Source of the DNA: an uncultured Acidobacteriota bacterium | Lineage (GTDB): Bacteria; Acidobacteriota; Thermoanaerobaculia; Gp7-AA8 | NCBI GenBank assembly: GCA_963822445.1 | Contig: CAWGHO010000001.1 | Location: forward strand, 1,088,001 to 1,152,000 | Direction of reading: 5' to 3' | DNA length: 64,000 nucleotides | Part shown: positions 1 to 8,881 of the stretch, piece after piece | Layout: each line of letters opens with the position of its first letter | Numbering within the stretch: position 1 is the first letter of the stretch | The notes under the pieces: model-generated | Told to the model about the DNA's origin: nothing | Database searches by the model: none | The model's input: only the letters and a program-made list of their open reading frames with translations | Translations under genes and position numbers: made by a program

Positions 1-549
1 GCGAAGATCGACCATGGCCCAGCGATTCGTGCCGTCGCCGACGATCTGCAGCGGTTTGTTCTGCTCCGCGGCCGCGAACCAGGCGCCGAGAAGACTCTGC
101 CTGCCGCCGTACACGCAACCGGGCCGGATGACCGCGCCGCCGGTGCCGAGGACACGCTCTTCGTGCGCCGGACGCCACGCCACGATCGGCAGCGGATTCA
201 CGGGCGAGCCTTCGCTCGCCGAATCGGTGTTGCCGAGAACCCAGACGCCGGACGTGTAGACGAACGGGCGGTCGATGGCGGCGAAGGTCTCGACGGCCAC
301 GCGATCAGCTTCGCCGCGCTCGGTCGACGAAAACGCGGCATGCACGAACGCGTCGTAACTTTCGAGCTGCTCGCGAAGAGAAGGCAGCGACGACAGATCG
401 CCGCTGATCAGAACGACGCCGAGGTCGCGAAGGTTGCCGGTGTCGGATTCGGGGCGGACCAGCGCCGCGACTTCATGACCGTTGCGGCGAAGCGCGTTCG
501 CGACTTCGCCGCCGATGTAGCCGGTTGCGCCGGTGAGGAAGATGCGCAT
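1..549 (-). CDS. NAD-dependent epimerase/dehydratase family protein (3' end outside window)
   Basis: Manual translation from ATG at 549: MRIFLTGATGYIGGEVANAL..., a Rossmann GxxGxxG motif. Not in the ORF track because it runs off the edge. Confidence 0.85.
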   Translation of the reverse strand, partial: MRIFLTGATGYIGGEVANALRRNGHEVAALVRPESDTGNLRDLGVVLISGDLSSLPSLREQLESYDAFVHAAFSSTERGEADRVAVETFAAIDRPFVYTSGVWVLGNTDSASEGSPVNPLPIVAWRPAHEERVLGTGGAVIRPGCVYGGRQSLLGAWFAAAEQNKPLQIVGDGTNRWAMVDLR

Positions 550-572
550 GAAGGAGCGCTACTTCTTGGCCA

Positions 573-1991
573 TTACTTTTTGCCCTTGGACTCCATGGCC
601 CGTTTGAACGCCAGAGCCATCGCGCTCTCGCCCGCGGCCTCGTCGTTCCGCTCGTCCATGAACTTCGTGTACTCCTCACGCTCCACGGCGGCCTTCGCGG
701 CCTCGTGGCTCAGGGAGATGCGCTTGCGCTGCGGATCGACGCTCATGATGCGAACCATGAGCTTCTCGCCCGCCGGGTGAAGAGACGTCGGATCCTGTCC
801 CGGCGCCGCGGAGATCTCGGACACCGGAATGAGACCGGTCAGGCCCGGCTCGAGCTCGACGAAGATGCCCGGGGCCGCGCCATGGTCGACAGTTCCTTCG
901 ACCACTTTGCCGATCGAGTAGCGCTGCGTCGCGGTCTCCCACGGGTCGTTCGTCGCCACTGCGCGAAGCGAGAGCGAGAGGCGCTTCTTGGACGGATCGA
1001 CTTCGCGAACCCAGCCCTGCACCGGAGTGCCGATCGCGACTTCCGGATCACCGGCCTTGATGCCGTGCGGAAGCTGCGAGACGTGCACGAGACCGTCGAG
1101 GCCCGGCTCCACTTCGACGAAGTAGCCGAAGTCGGTCGAGCGGACGATCTTGCCGTTGAAAGCGGTGCCCGGCGTGTAACGCGCCGCGACATCGGACCAG
1201 GGATCCGGCTCCTGATCTTTCATCGACAGCGAGATGCGCTTGCCGTCGTTCTCGATCTTGATGACCTTGACGTTCACTTCCTGGCCGACCTGAACGATTT
1301 CCTTAGGGTCGGTCACGCGGCGGCGGCTCATCTCGGAGACGTGCAGCAGACCGTCGATGCCGCCGAGGTCGACGAACGCGCCGAACGGCGTGAGAGTCTT
1401 GACGCGGCCGGTCAGCTCGGCGCCCGGGACGATGCGTCCGCGAGTCTCCGCGGCGCGCTCGGCGGCGGCTTCCTTCAGCAGCGCGGCGCGTGAAACGACG
1501 ACGCGGCGTCCGTCATCACTGAGCTCGGTGACCCGGAACTCGATGGTCTGGCCGACAAAGGAATCGGGATCCTCGATCTTGCCGAGGGCGATCTGGGAAA
1601 GCGGGCAGAAGGCACGGAGGCCGGCAACGCTGACTTCGAAGCCGCCTTTGTTGCGGCCGGTGACTTTTCCTTCGACCGGGAGGCGAGCCTCGAACGCGCC
1701 GCGGAGCTGGTCGAGCGATGCCTTGCCCTTGATCAGCTTGCGCGAGACGCGGATCTCGCCGCCCGCCTTGACGACAGTCGCTTCGATCTGGTCGCCGATG
1801 TCGAGCCCTTCCAGCTCGGCGGCATCCATCACGGCCTCGGACGGTCCACCGTAGGAGATGTAAGCGTCTTCGCCGGAGATCGAAACGATCGTCCCGCGAA
1901 GGGCCTCACCCTGCTGTGGAGTCTTGAGGTCCAGATTCTCCATCGCCTCGGCAAAAGACGTAGCCTCGGCGCTTTCTCTCGACTGACTCAT
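573..1991 (-). CDS. 30S ribosomal protein S1-like multi-S1-domain RNA-binding protein
   Basis: Repeated S1 motifs (FGAFVDLGGIDGLLHVSE, FGYFVEVEPGLDGLVHVSQ, RISLS). Confidence 0.9.
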   Translation of the reverse strand: MSQSRESAEATSFAEAMENLDLKTPQQGEALRGTIVSISGEDAYISYGGPSEAVMDAAELEGLDIGDQIEATVVKAGGEIRVSRKLIKGKASLDQLRGAFEARLPVEGKVTGRNKGGFEVSVAGLRAFCPLSQIALGKIEDPDSFVGQTIEFRVTELSDDGRRVVVSRAALLKEAAAERAAETRGRIVPGAELTGRVKTLTPFGAFVDLGGIDGLLHVSEMSRRRVTDPKEIVQVGQEVNVKVIKIENDGKRISLSMKDQEPDPWSDVAARYTPGTAFNGKIVRSTDFGYFVEVEPGLDGLVHVSQLPHGIKAGDPEVAIGTPVQGWVREVDPSKKRLSLSLRAVATNDPWETATQRYSIGKVVEGTVDHGAAPGIFVELEPGLTGLIPVSEISAAPGQDPTSLHPAGEKLMVRIMSVDPQRKRISLSHEAAKAAVEREEYTKFMDERNDEAAGESAMALAFKRAMESKGKK

Positions 1992-2142
1992 GGGGTTGTT
2001 TGCTACCTTTCAGTGATTGGTTCTCGGTCCTGAGAACGGTTGGGACGCGAATGATACCCGAACTCCGAAGCGGCGTCACGACCGAGGGATGACGTGAACC
2101 GGGGCCGTCCGGAAAATATTTTGGCTGGGGCGGCGGGCGCGG

Positions 2143-3723
2143 CTACTCGACCATGAACGTCACGCGCCCGACGATGGGCTCGTTCGACGAATAAGGCTTC
2201 AGATTCTGGCCTTTATCGAGCGTTTGGATCCAGGCGACGATGTATTTGCCGCGGGCCTGCGCGCCGTCGAGGCTGATCTTTCCGGTGAAGTTCTGCCCGT
2301 CCTTGGAGGGATCGAAGTGGATGTTCAGCCGCTGGCCGCTCGGGCCGGTGACGAGTCCGCTGAGGGTTGCGCCGCCGCAGTTGTCGTCCTGAACCGTCGC
2401 CGTCACGTGGATCACCGCCGGCTGCCCGTTGGCGACGACAGTCGGCTCGAGGGCGAGCCCGGTGAGGACGGGCGCGAGGCTGTCGCACTTGTCCCCGGAG
2501 ACGGCCACCTGAATCGAGGAGACCATCTGGTTGTCGACGCGCACGGTGGTGGTGTTGTTGGCGTTGTCCTGCATCTGCACCTGCTCGAGCTGCCAGATGC
2601 CGCAGTCGACGCATTCGGGAACGTTGACGTTGCACTCCCACGCGCCGGTGCCGCCGACCTTGCAACCGAATCCGACGCGGGCCGACTTGGTCGGACTGAC
2701 AAACACGCCGCTGACGATCTTCACGCCGGCCTTGTCGTCCTCGGCCTGAACGAAGACGGTGTTCTTCTCCCCCGCCGCCATGGAGCGCTTGTCGACCCAG
2801 AGCTCCTTCAGCTCCGGTCCCTTCGAGTCGGAGCGCGCCGAGGTGACGCGGAAGGTCGCCGGGCCAGTCGGGAGGCCCTGGCCATAGGTGAGATTCACGC
2901 TGTTCGCGGCGTTGTCGGACATGGTCAGGTACTTGATGTGCCAGTTTCCTTCGGCACCATCTTTGGGAACGACGACTTTGGCGACGTAGCGATTCGTGTC
3001 CCCTTCGCGCTGCGCAGCAAAGCCATTCACCGTCGCGCCGGTGGGATTCGCGATCACTCCGGAGATCGTGCGAATGCCTGAGAGGTCGTCCTGGGCAACC
3101 ACTGCCAGCACGGTGGTCTCGCCGTCCTGCACCTGCTTGGGCATGAAGTCGAGGGTGAGCAGTTGCGGCGGACGGGTGTCGGATTCCGCATCCATCTCTT
3201 CGGCGAGTTTCACCTCTCTGCCGGAAGTCGAGGTCTGGCCCGATCCGCTTTGAGAGGCCTGCTGCTGTTGCTGCTGATTCGCGGACGGACGTGGCGCACG
3301 CGGTGCGGGCGGCGGTGCTGTGGCGGGCTTCTTCTCTTCGCCGATCCCGATCGCGCTGGCGACGCGCTGCAGGATCGACTGTTTCTCGGCAGGCTTCGGC
3401 GGAGCCGGGATCTGCACTCCCGGAGGCGGCGAGGAACGGAGCAGCTCCTGGTAGCGCTGATCGCGTGAGCTCTTGCTCGAGGTGCGCGTGGGCGCACTGG
3501 TCGCGTTCTCCGCGATCATGATCGTTCCGGTCTCGGGCGGAAGATCGTCCGCCGTCCGCGAAGTCACGTTCGCGCTCGTGGTGGTCGTCGCCGTCTCCGC
3601 GTTCCCCGGTGTTGCTTCGTTCGCGACCGTGGCTTCGAAGGTGCGCAGACGGAAGAAGATCGCCGCCACGAACGCGAGGCCGAGGATGACGAAGAACGAG
3701 GTGAGGAACGAGGGCCGTTTCAG
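2143..3723 (-). CDS. Membrane-anchored protein with Pro/Gln-rich linker and three Ig-like repeats
   Basis: N-terminal hydrophobic segment and three repeats of DxxxPxL...DDxxG...G(W/Y)xI...DxxxN. Probable CTG start overlapping the apaG stop. Confidence 0.65.
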   Translation of the reverse strand: MKRPSFLTSFFVILGLAFVAAIFFRLRTFEATVANEATPGNAETATTTTSANVTSRTADDLPPETGTIMIAENATSAPTRTSSKSSRDQRYQELLRSSPPPGVQIPAPPKPAEKQSILQRVASAIGIGEEKKPATAPPPAPRAPRPSANQQQQQQASQSGSGQTSTSGREVKLAEEMDAESDTRPPQLLTLDFMPKQVQDGETTVLAVVAQDDLSGIRTISGVIANPTGATVNGFAAQREGDTNRYVAKVVVPKDGAEGNWHIKYLTMSDNAANSVNLTYGQGLPTGPATFRVTSARSDSKGPELKELWVDKRSMAAGEKNTVFVQAEDDKAGVKIVSGVFVSPTKSARVGFGCKVGGTGAWECNVNVPECVDCGIWQLEQVQMQDNANNTTTVRVDNQMVSSIQVAVSGDKCDSLAPVLTGLALEPTVVANGQPAVIHVTATVQDDNCGGATLSGLVTGPSGQRLNIHFDPSKDGQNFTGKISLDGAQARGKYIVAWIQTLDKGQNLKPYSSNEPIVGRVTFMVE

Positions 3724-4103
3724 TTGACCACTCCCGGTGCGGCCAGAGTGAAGGGCGCGATCTGCGCCTCGAACGTGTCGCCCGAGCGCGTGCGCATCGT
3801 GTAGGTGCCGTGCATCATGCCGACGTCGGTCGTCAGCGGGCAGAAGCTGGTGTACTGGTACGACATCCCCGGATCGAGCACCGGGAAATCGCCGACGACG
3901 CCCGGACCCTGGACGGTCTCGACGTCGCCGTTGCCGTCGGTGATGATCCATTCACGGCTGACCAGTTGCGCGGTCTCGTTGCCCACATTCGATATACGAA
4001 CGTGGTAGGCGTAGTAGTACTCGGCGCTGCCGGGGTCGCTACGATCGGCAAGGTACTCGCTCTCGACCTGGATACGGATCCCGCGGGTAGTGGCATCGGA
4101 CAT
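3720..4103 (-). CDS. apaG: ApaG protein
   Basis: YxVRISN, QLVSRxWIITD, GPGVVG, YTSFCPL and GMMHGTY motifs. Confidence 0.93.
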   Translation of the reverse strand: MSDATTRGIRIQVESEYLADRSDPGSAEYYYAYHVRISNVGNETAQLVSREWIITDGNGDVETVQGPGVVGDFPVLDPGMSYQYTSFCPLTTDVGMMHGTYTMRTRSGDTFEAQIAPFTLAAPGVVN

Positions 4104-4107
4104 GGCG

Positions 4108-5478
4108 TTGTCAAAAATTATCACACTGATTTCCATCACTCTCGCCGCGTGCGCGCGGGCTGCGGTGCCCGTCACGCCGCCGGCGCCTGTTACTCCCCCA
4201 CCGCCGCCCGAGCTCTCGACGATCGTCGTGCCGATCCGCGCGAGCCTCGCGCCGCTGCTGCCCGAGCTCGAGGCGCGGGTCCCGAAAACGTTCAAGGACA
4301 AGCAGCGCGAGCGCGGGATCGACGTGCGCTACGAGGTCGCACGCGATCCGTTGAAGCTGAACATGGTCGGTGCCGGTCTGCATGCCACCACGACCGTGAA
4401 ATATGCGATCGAAGCCTGTCGCGGCCGCTTCCCGTGCGTTTCCTGCGGGTTCAGCGAGGCGCGGCGCGAAGCGAAAATCACCCTGCACACGAAGCTCGAT
4501 TGGGATCCGGCCTGGCGACTTCGCTCGACGACGAAGCCGCTGCCGGTGCATTACGCGAAGCCGTGCGCGGTGACGTGGTTCGACATCGACGTGACCCGCC
4601 GCTTCGTCGCGCCGGCCGTGAACGATCAACTGGCGATCGCCGCGCGGACGATCGATCGCAACACTCCCGCGCTGGCGTCGATCAAGCCTCAGGCGGAACA
4701 GATCTGGACGGCGCTGCAGACGCCGATGGAGATCGCCCCGCGGACCTGGCTGACGATCGAACCTTCGGAGGTCGCGCTGACTCCGATCAGCGGATCGGGA
4801 CCGAACGTGAACAGCTCCCTCTCGCTGCGCGCTCTCACGCGGGTGGTCGTCGGCGAGAAGCCGCAGGTCGCACGCAAACCACTGCCGGCGTTGAAAGTCG
4901 CCAGCGGCACGTCGACCGGCCTGCGCGTGCCGTTCAATCTCGAGCTGCCGTACGACGACGCCAGCCGGCTGGCGACGAAGGAGCTGGCCGGCAAGTCGTA
5001 CAAGGTCAACGGAAAGCCGCTGACGATCGAGTCGCTGAAACTGCTGCCGGCAACGAACGGCAAGGTGTTGATCGAGGCGGCGATCGATTACCGCGGCGGG
5101 AAGCTGCGCAACTACAAAGGCATGGTCTGGTTGGAGGGAACGCCGCGCTTCGATCCCGCGACGGCCAGCGTGATCGTGCCCGATCTCGACTACACGCTCG
5201 ACCCGAAACGCCGCGGCGTGATTACGCGCCTGCTCGAGCGCGCCGCGCACTCTTCGATCCGCGACCGCCTCCGCGAGAACGCCCGCTTCGACCTCGGCAC
5301 CCGCATCAACGAAATGCGAGCCGAGATCACCAAAGCGCTGACGCGCAAGCTCGGCCCGGGCGTGAACGTGCGCGGGCGCATCGATGCGATCCAGCCCGTC
5401 GCGGCGACGCCGCTGCCGAGCGTGCTGGTGGTACGGGTCATTGCGACGGGGATCGCGGAGGTAACGATTGAGCACTAG
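4108..5478 (+). CDS. DUF4403-like lipoprotein
   Basis: LAAC lipobox, Pro-rich linker and an SxIxVPI start of domain, about 455 aa. Family call is by resemblance and the start is uncertain. Confidence 0.6.
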   Translation: MSKIITLISITLAACARAAVPVTPPAPVTPPPPPELSTIVVPIRASLAPLLPELEARVPKTFKDKQRERGIDVRYEVARDPLKLNMVGAGLHATTTVKYAIEACRGRFPCVSCGFSEARREAKITLHTKLDWDPAWRLRSTTKPLPVHYAKPCAVTWFDIDVTRRFVAPAVNDQLAIAARTIDRNTPALASIKPQAEQIWTALQTPMEIAPRTWLTIEPSEVALTPISGSGPNVNSSLSLRALTRVVVGEKPQVARKPLPALKVASGTSTGLRVPFNLELPYDDASRLATKELAGKSYKVNGKPLTIESLKLLPATNGKVLIEAAIDYRGGKLRNYKGMVWLEGTPRFDPATASVIVPDLDYTLDPKRRGVITRLLERAAHSSIRDRLRENARFDLGTRINEMRAEITKALTRKLGPGVNVRGRIDAIQPVAATPLPSVLVVRVIATGIAEVTIEH

Positions 5479-5755
5479 AACGAACGTGACGATTACGACG
5501 GATGGCGGGTTCACCGGACGCGGAATCGGCAGCGCCGGCGCGGAGGTCGAGGACGACTTCGTCGCGCAACTCGACGTGGATTCGTGGCAGGAGAGCTACA
5601 CGGCGCCGGGCGCGGATCTGATCCGGTACGCGCTGGAGATCGGCGGGCGCCGCGTGACCTGGATGGAAGGGGCGAAGATCCCTGACGATCTGCGCGAGCT
5701 GTTCGAGCGGGTCTGGAACAAAAAGCCGGGCCGCCACGAGGGCGGCCCGGCCTGA
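5468..5755 (+). CDS. Emfourin (protealysin inhibitor)-like small protein
   Basis: 95 aa with ITxxGGFTG, gaDxxxYxL and PxxLxxL patterns. Adjacent to an M4 peptidase. Confidence 0.55.
   Translation: MSTRTNVTITTDGGFTGRGIGSAGAEVEDDFVAQLDVDSWQESYTAPGADLIRYALEIGGRRVTWMEGAKIPDDLRELFERVWNKKPGRHEGGPA
5720..5751 (-). terminator. Intrinsic terminator of the M4 peptidase gene
   Basis: GCCGGGCCGCC/GGCGGCCCGGC hairpin followed by a T-run on the minus strand. Confidence 0.7.
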
Positions 5756-5776
5756 AGTCAGATTACGGTTTGGCGG

Positions 5777-7925
5777 TTACGGCTTGGTGGTGCAGAGGGT
5801 GAAGCTGCCGCTGCCGCTGTACGCGTACACGCGCCAGCGATAGGTGCCGGACGTGCCGCTGTAGGTCACGTTCTCGATCGACGTGGCGCTCTCGCCTGCC
5901 GCGACGCTCGACCAGCTCGCGCCGTTCCACTTCTGCAGATAGAGATCGAAGTCCGGGCCGCTCGGTCCGGTGAGCTTGCCTGTGTGCGAGCCGCTCACGC
6001 TGGAGGTGTACTGCGCCGAGTACCAGTTCGCGCCGGTACCGGACAGCGATCCGGAAACGCTCGTGCAAGCTGCGGCGCCCGTGTACGTCGCGCGGAGCGT
6101 GACGCTGGAGTACGTCGAGTAGGCGTACAGGCTGATGTACCAGTCGCCCGCGACAGGATTCGTGACCGAGACGGTCTCATTGTTGCCGTTGAGATACGGG
6201 CGGTAGTCCCACACGGACGAAGTCGGCTGCGCGCCGCGCTTCACGTACATGTCCGCGTCGCCGCTGCCACCCGACATCACGATGTCGAGCTTCGTCTGTC
6301 CCGAAGGAACGGCGATCTTGTAGTGCTTCCAGGCGCCGGTGGAGGCGCCGATGCCGGTGACGGCAACGCCGTTGGTCAGCGTAGTCGTGCCCGTGCCGCC
6401 GCCACCCGGGGTTCCCGGAACGCCGACAGCGTCCCAGCCCTTGTGCACCGCGGCGGCCGCGGTGGCGCCGTAGAGGTCAGTCGCCGCCTGGGCGGTGGCG
6501 GTGCGCGCGGCCTGGAAGTTGGAGGAGGAGGTCATGTAGACCGTCAGCGCGCGATACCAGATCTTCGCGGCCATATCGATCGAGGTCATGGCCGTGGCGC
6601 TGAGCGCGGGAACGCTGACCGTGGTCTTGCCACGCGGGTGCGTTCCGCCGGTGACCATCAGCTTCCAGGCGAGGTTGGCGATGCCGGAGTTGAGGTGAAC
6701 GCCGCCGTAGTCACCGGTGCCGGTGTAGCGGGTCGGGTAGTAGTCGTAGGAGCTGCCGTCGGCGATGGGGTCGTTCATGTAACGGAGCGCGTCCCCGGCA
6801 GTGCCAGGCGTGGTGATGTCCTCGCCGACTTTCCAGGTGTCGCTGCTCACAGCGCCGTCTTTCCACGCTTCCACGGCGGCGGCCATGATGTCCGACGTTC
6901 CTTCGTTCAGCGCGCCCGACTCGTTCGAGTACGTGAGGTTGGCGCTGTAGGTGGTGACGGCGTGCGTGAGCTCGTGCGCACCGACGTCGAGCGCGTTGCC
7001 GAGCATGTAGAACTGCGATCCGTCGCCGTCGCCGTAAACGAGCTGGCTGCCGTTCCAGAAGGCGTTGTTGTAGTTCACCTGATGGTGAACCGTGGTCTTG
7101 ATCTGCGCGCCCGCGTTGTTGAACGAGTCGCGGTTGTGCACGTTCTTGTAGTAGTCGTACGAGGTGGCCGCGTGCGCATGCGCCGTGGAGATGGCGCTGT
7201 CGGTGGTCGAGCCGCCGGTCTCCGTCAGCACGAGCGTGCCCGGGAGCGAAGAGCTGTTGTTGCCGTTGTAGGTGGCCCGGTTGCGAGCGCGATGGATCTG
7301 CGCGTCGCGCAGCACGAGGTCGCCCGTGACCGCGTTCGCGTACACGATGTCGCGCTGCTCGCCCTGCTCGTCGATGTATTCGATCGTGCCGCGCCACGCC
7401 AGGTACGCCGAACCTTTCTCGGTGGCGACGTAGACCAGCGCTGCCCGCACGTCGTTCCAGCGGCCGCCGGCGATGCCGGCCTGCGAAGCGGCCTGCTCGA
7501 GCGCGGCCCAGCCGTTGATGGAGGGGTTCCGCGGCAGATCATGGTCCGGCGCGAAACGGCCGTTCGATCGCGTAGACCTTGCCGCTGCCGTCAGCGTGAA
7601 CGATGTACTCGGCGCCGTAGACCGGCAGTCCGCGCAGACGCTGCTGCAGGCGGACGTGGGTGTGGCCGAAGTTGTCCTTCGTCGACCCGATGGCCTCGAA
7701 GTCTTCGGTGCCCGCGCCTCCGAGAAGGGCGCGCTGCCCTCTCAGAAAGTCGGCGGCGGCGTTGCTGGTCGCACCAGGGCCGAGCTGCCCCAGCTCGCCC
7801 GTGACGAACGTCGGAACGCCCCTCGCGTCGGTGTCGGTGATCTTGATCTTGCTCTCGGAGGAGGGATTCTTGGCGAACGCCATCGTGGCGGTCAGAAGCA
7901 GTGAGACCCACAGTGTTTTTTTCAT
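5777..7925 (-). CDS. M4 (thermolysin-family) pre-pro-metallopeptidase with C-terminal PPC-type domains, one apparent indel near 7565
   Basis: Signal peptide MKKTLWVSLLL, FTP propeptide, NAFW, HELTH, GALNEG and GVHLNSG. Removing one base near 7565 joins the two ORFs. Confidence 0.9.
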
Positions 7926-8078
7926 GTCCGTCCTTTTTTTCTTTCGAAGGCCGGGCGGACCCAATGGCAACGCGCGCGCCACCACGTAAGTCATTGATTC
8001 TATTGAAGAGTGAATCGAAATGGATCAGTGAACGACCCGTTACGGAGCCAATTTGGGGTCAAAAACTGAGCAGGCGGG

Positions 8079-8295
8079 TCAGATGTTCACGGCCTGATCG
8101 CCATCGGGAGAAAAAACGTCTTCGATCCTCGATGCAAACAGTCTGGCGATGGCGAAAGCGAGCGGCAGGCTGGGGTCGTATTTGCCGGTCTCGATGGCGT
8201 TGATGGTCTGGCGGGAGACGTTCGAACCGGTCCGCAACCTCGGCCTGCGACCAGCGCTTCTCCGCCCTGAGCACGCGCAAGCGGTTGTTCATCAT
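8079..8295 (-). CDS. XRE-family HTH regulator (apparent 1-nt indel near 8223)
   Basis: MNNRLRVLRAEKRWSQAEVA / VSRQTINAIETGKYDPSLPLAFAIARLF. Confidence 0.85.
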
Positions 8296-8714
8296 TGCTC
8301 CCCCGCCACGGCGTAACGCCGCGCAACGATCCACTGCCCGGCCATCCAGGTGAGGATCATGATCAGCGACGGATCGTTGAAGTCGAGCTTCGGCGCGCCG
8401 AGCCGCTCGCAGAGGCGGTAAGTCATCATCACAACCATCCCGATCCCGAACGCGAACGCCAAGGCCTCGAGATGCACCCTGCGCAGCAGCTCGTCGGCCT
8501 GCCGGAGGAAGAGCACGTAACTGCACATGGTCAAAACCATCAGCGACGCGGTGATCGCCGTGAGCAGCCAGGCGACCGGCCTGGAGATGAACTTCCCGTC
8601 GATGAGCAGCGTCGACGCGGCAAACGCGGACATCGCCCCGATCATCCACGAGGCGAAAACGCGGTAGTTGTGGGAGTCCCGAGGGGTGAAGAGATTGGCG
8701 TAGGGCTCGGTCAT
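8292..8714 (-). CDS. Small four-TM membrane protein coupled to the XRE regulator
   Basis: Four hydrophobic segments, DELxRR motif and an ATGA overlap with the HTH gene. Confidence 0.75.
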   Translation of the reverse strand: MTEPYANLFTPRDSHNYRVFASWMIGAMSAFAASTLLIDGKFISRPVAWLLTAITASLMVLTMCSYVLFLRQADELLRRVHLEALAFAFGIGMVVMMTYRLCERLGAPKLDFNDPSLIMILTWMAGQWIVARRYAVAGEQ

Positions 8715-8722
8715 TACGGCCT

Positions 8723-8787
8723 CCTTATGTCAATGTTGCTTGACATAAGGTAGGGCGAATGTGGCGGATTGTCAAGTGTGCTTGACA
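8723..8787. promoter_or_regulatory. Two TGTCAA-N6-TTGACA operator palindromes
   Basis: CCTTATGTCAA-tgttgc-TTGACATAAGG (8723-8750) and TGTCAA-gtgtgc-TTGACA (8770-8787), upstream of the membrane protein/XRE operon. Confidence 0.7.
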
Positions 8788-8793
8788 TTCCGG

Positions 8794-8852
8794 TGTAGTG
8801 TGGGCCTCTGGCCTACCTTCAACCCAAGGGTAGGCCGGAGGCCCACACTACA
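8794..8852. repeat. GTAG-tagged REP-like palindrome, copy 1
   Basis: TGTAGTGTGGGCCTC...GAGGCCCACACTACA, with a near-identical copy at 12281. Confidence 0.8.
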
Positions 8853-8881
8853 CGGCCCCGCCGATGTGCCCAAAAAACGCG

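Noticed and set aside
7987-8010. AT-rich TAAGTCATTGATTCTATTGA patch as a recombination site
   Set aside because: It is single-copy with no integrase or tRNA nearby, and is as easily the M4 promoter region.
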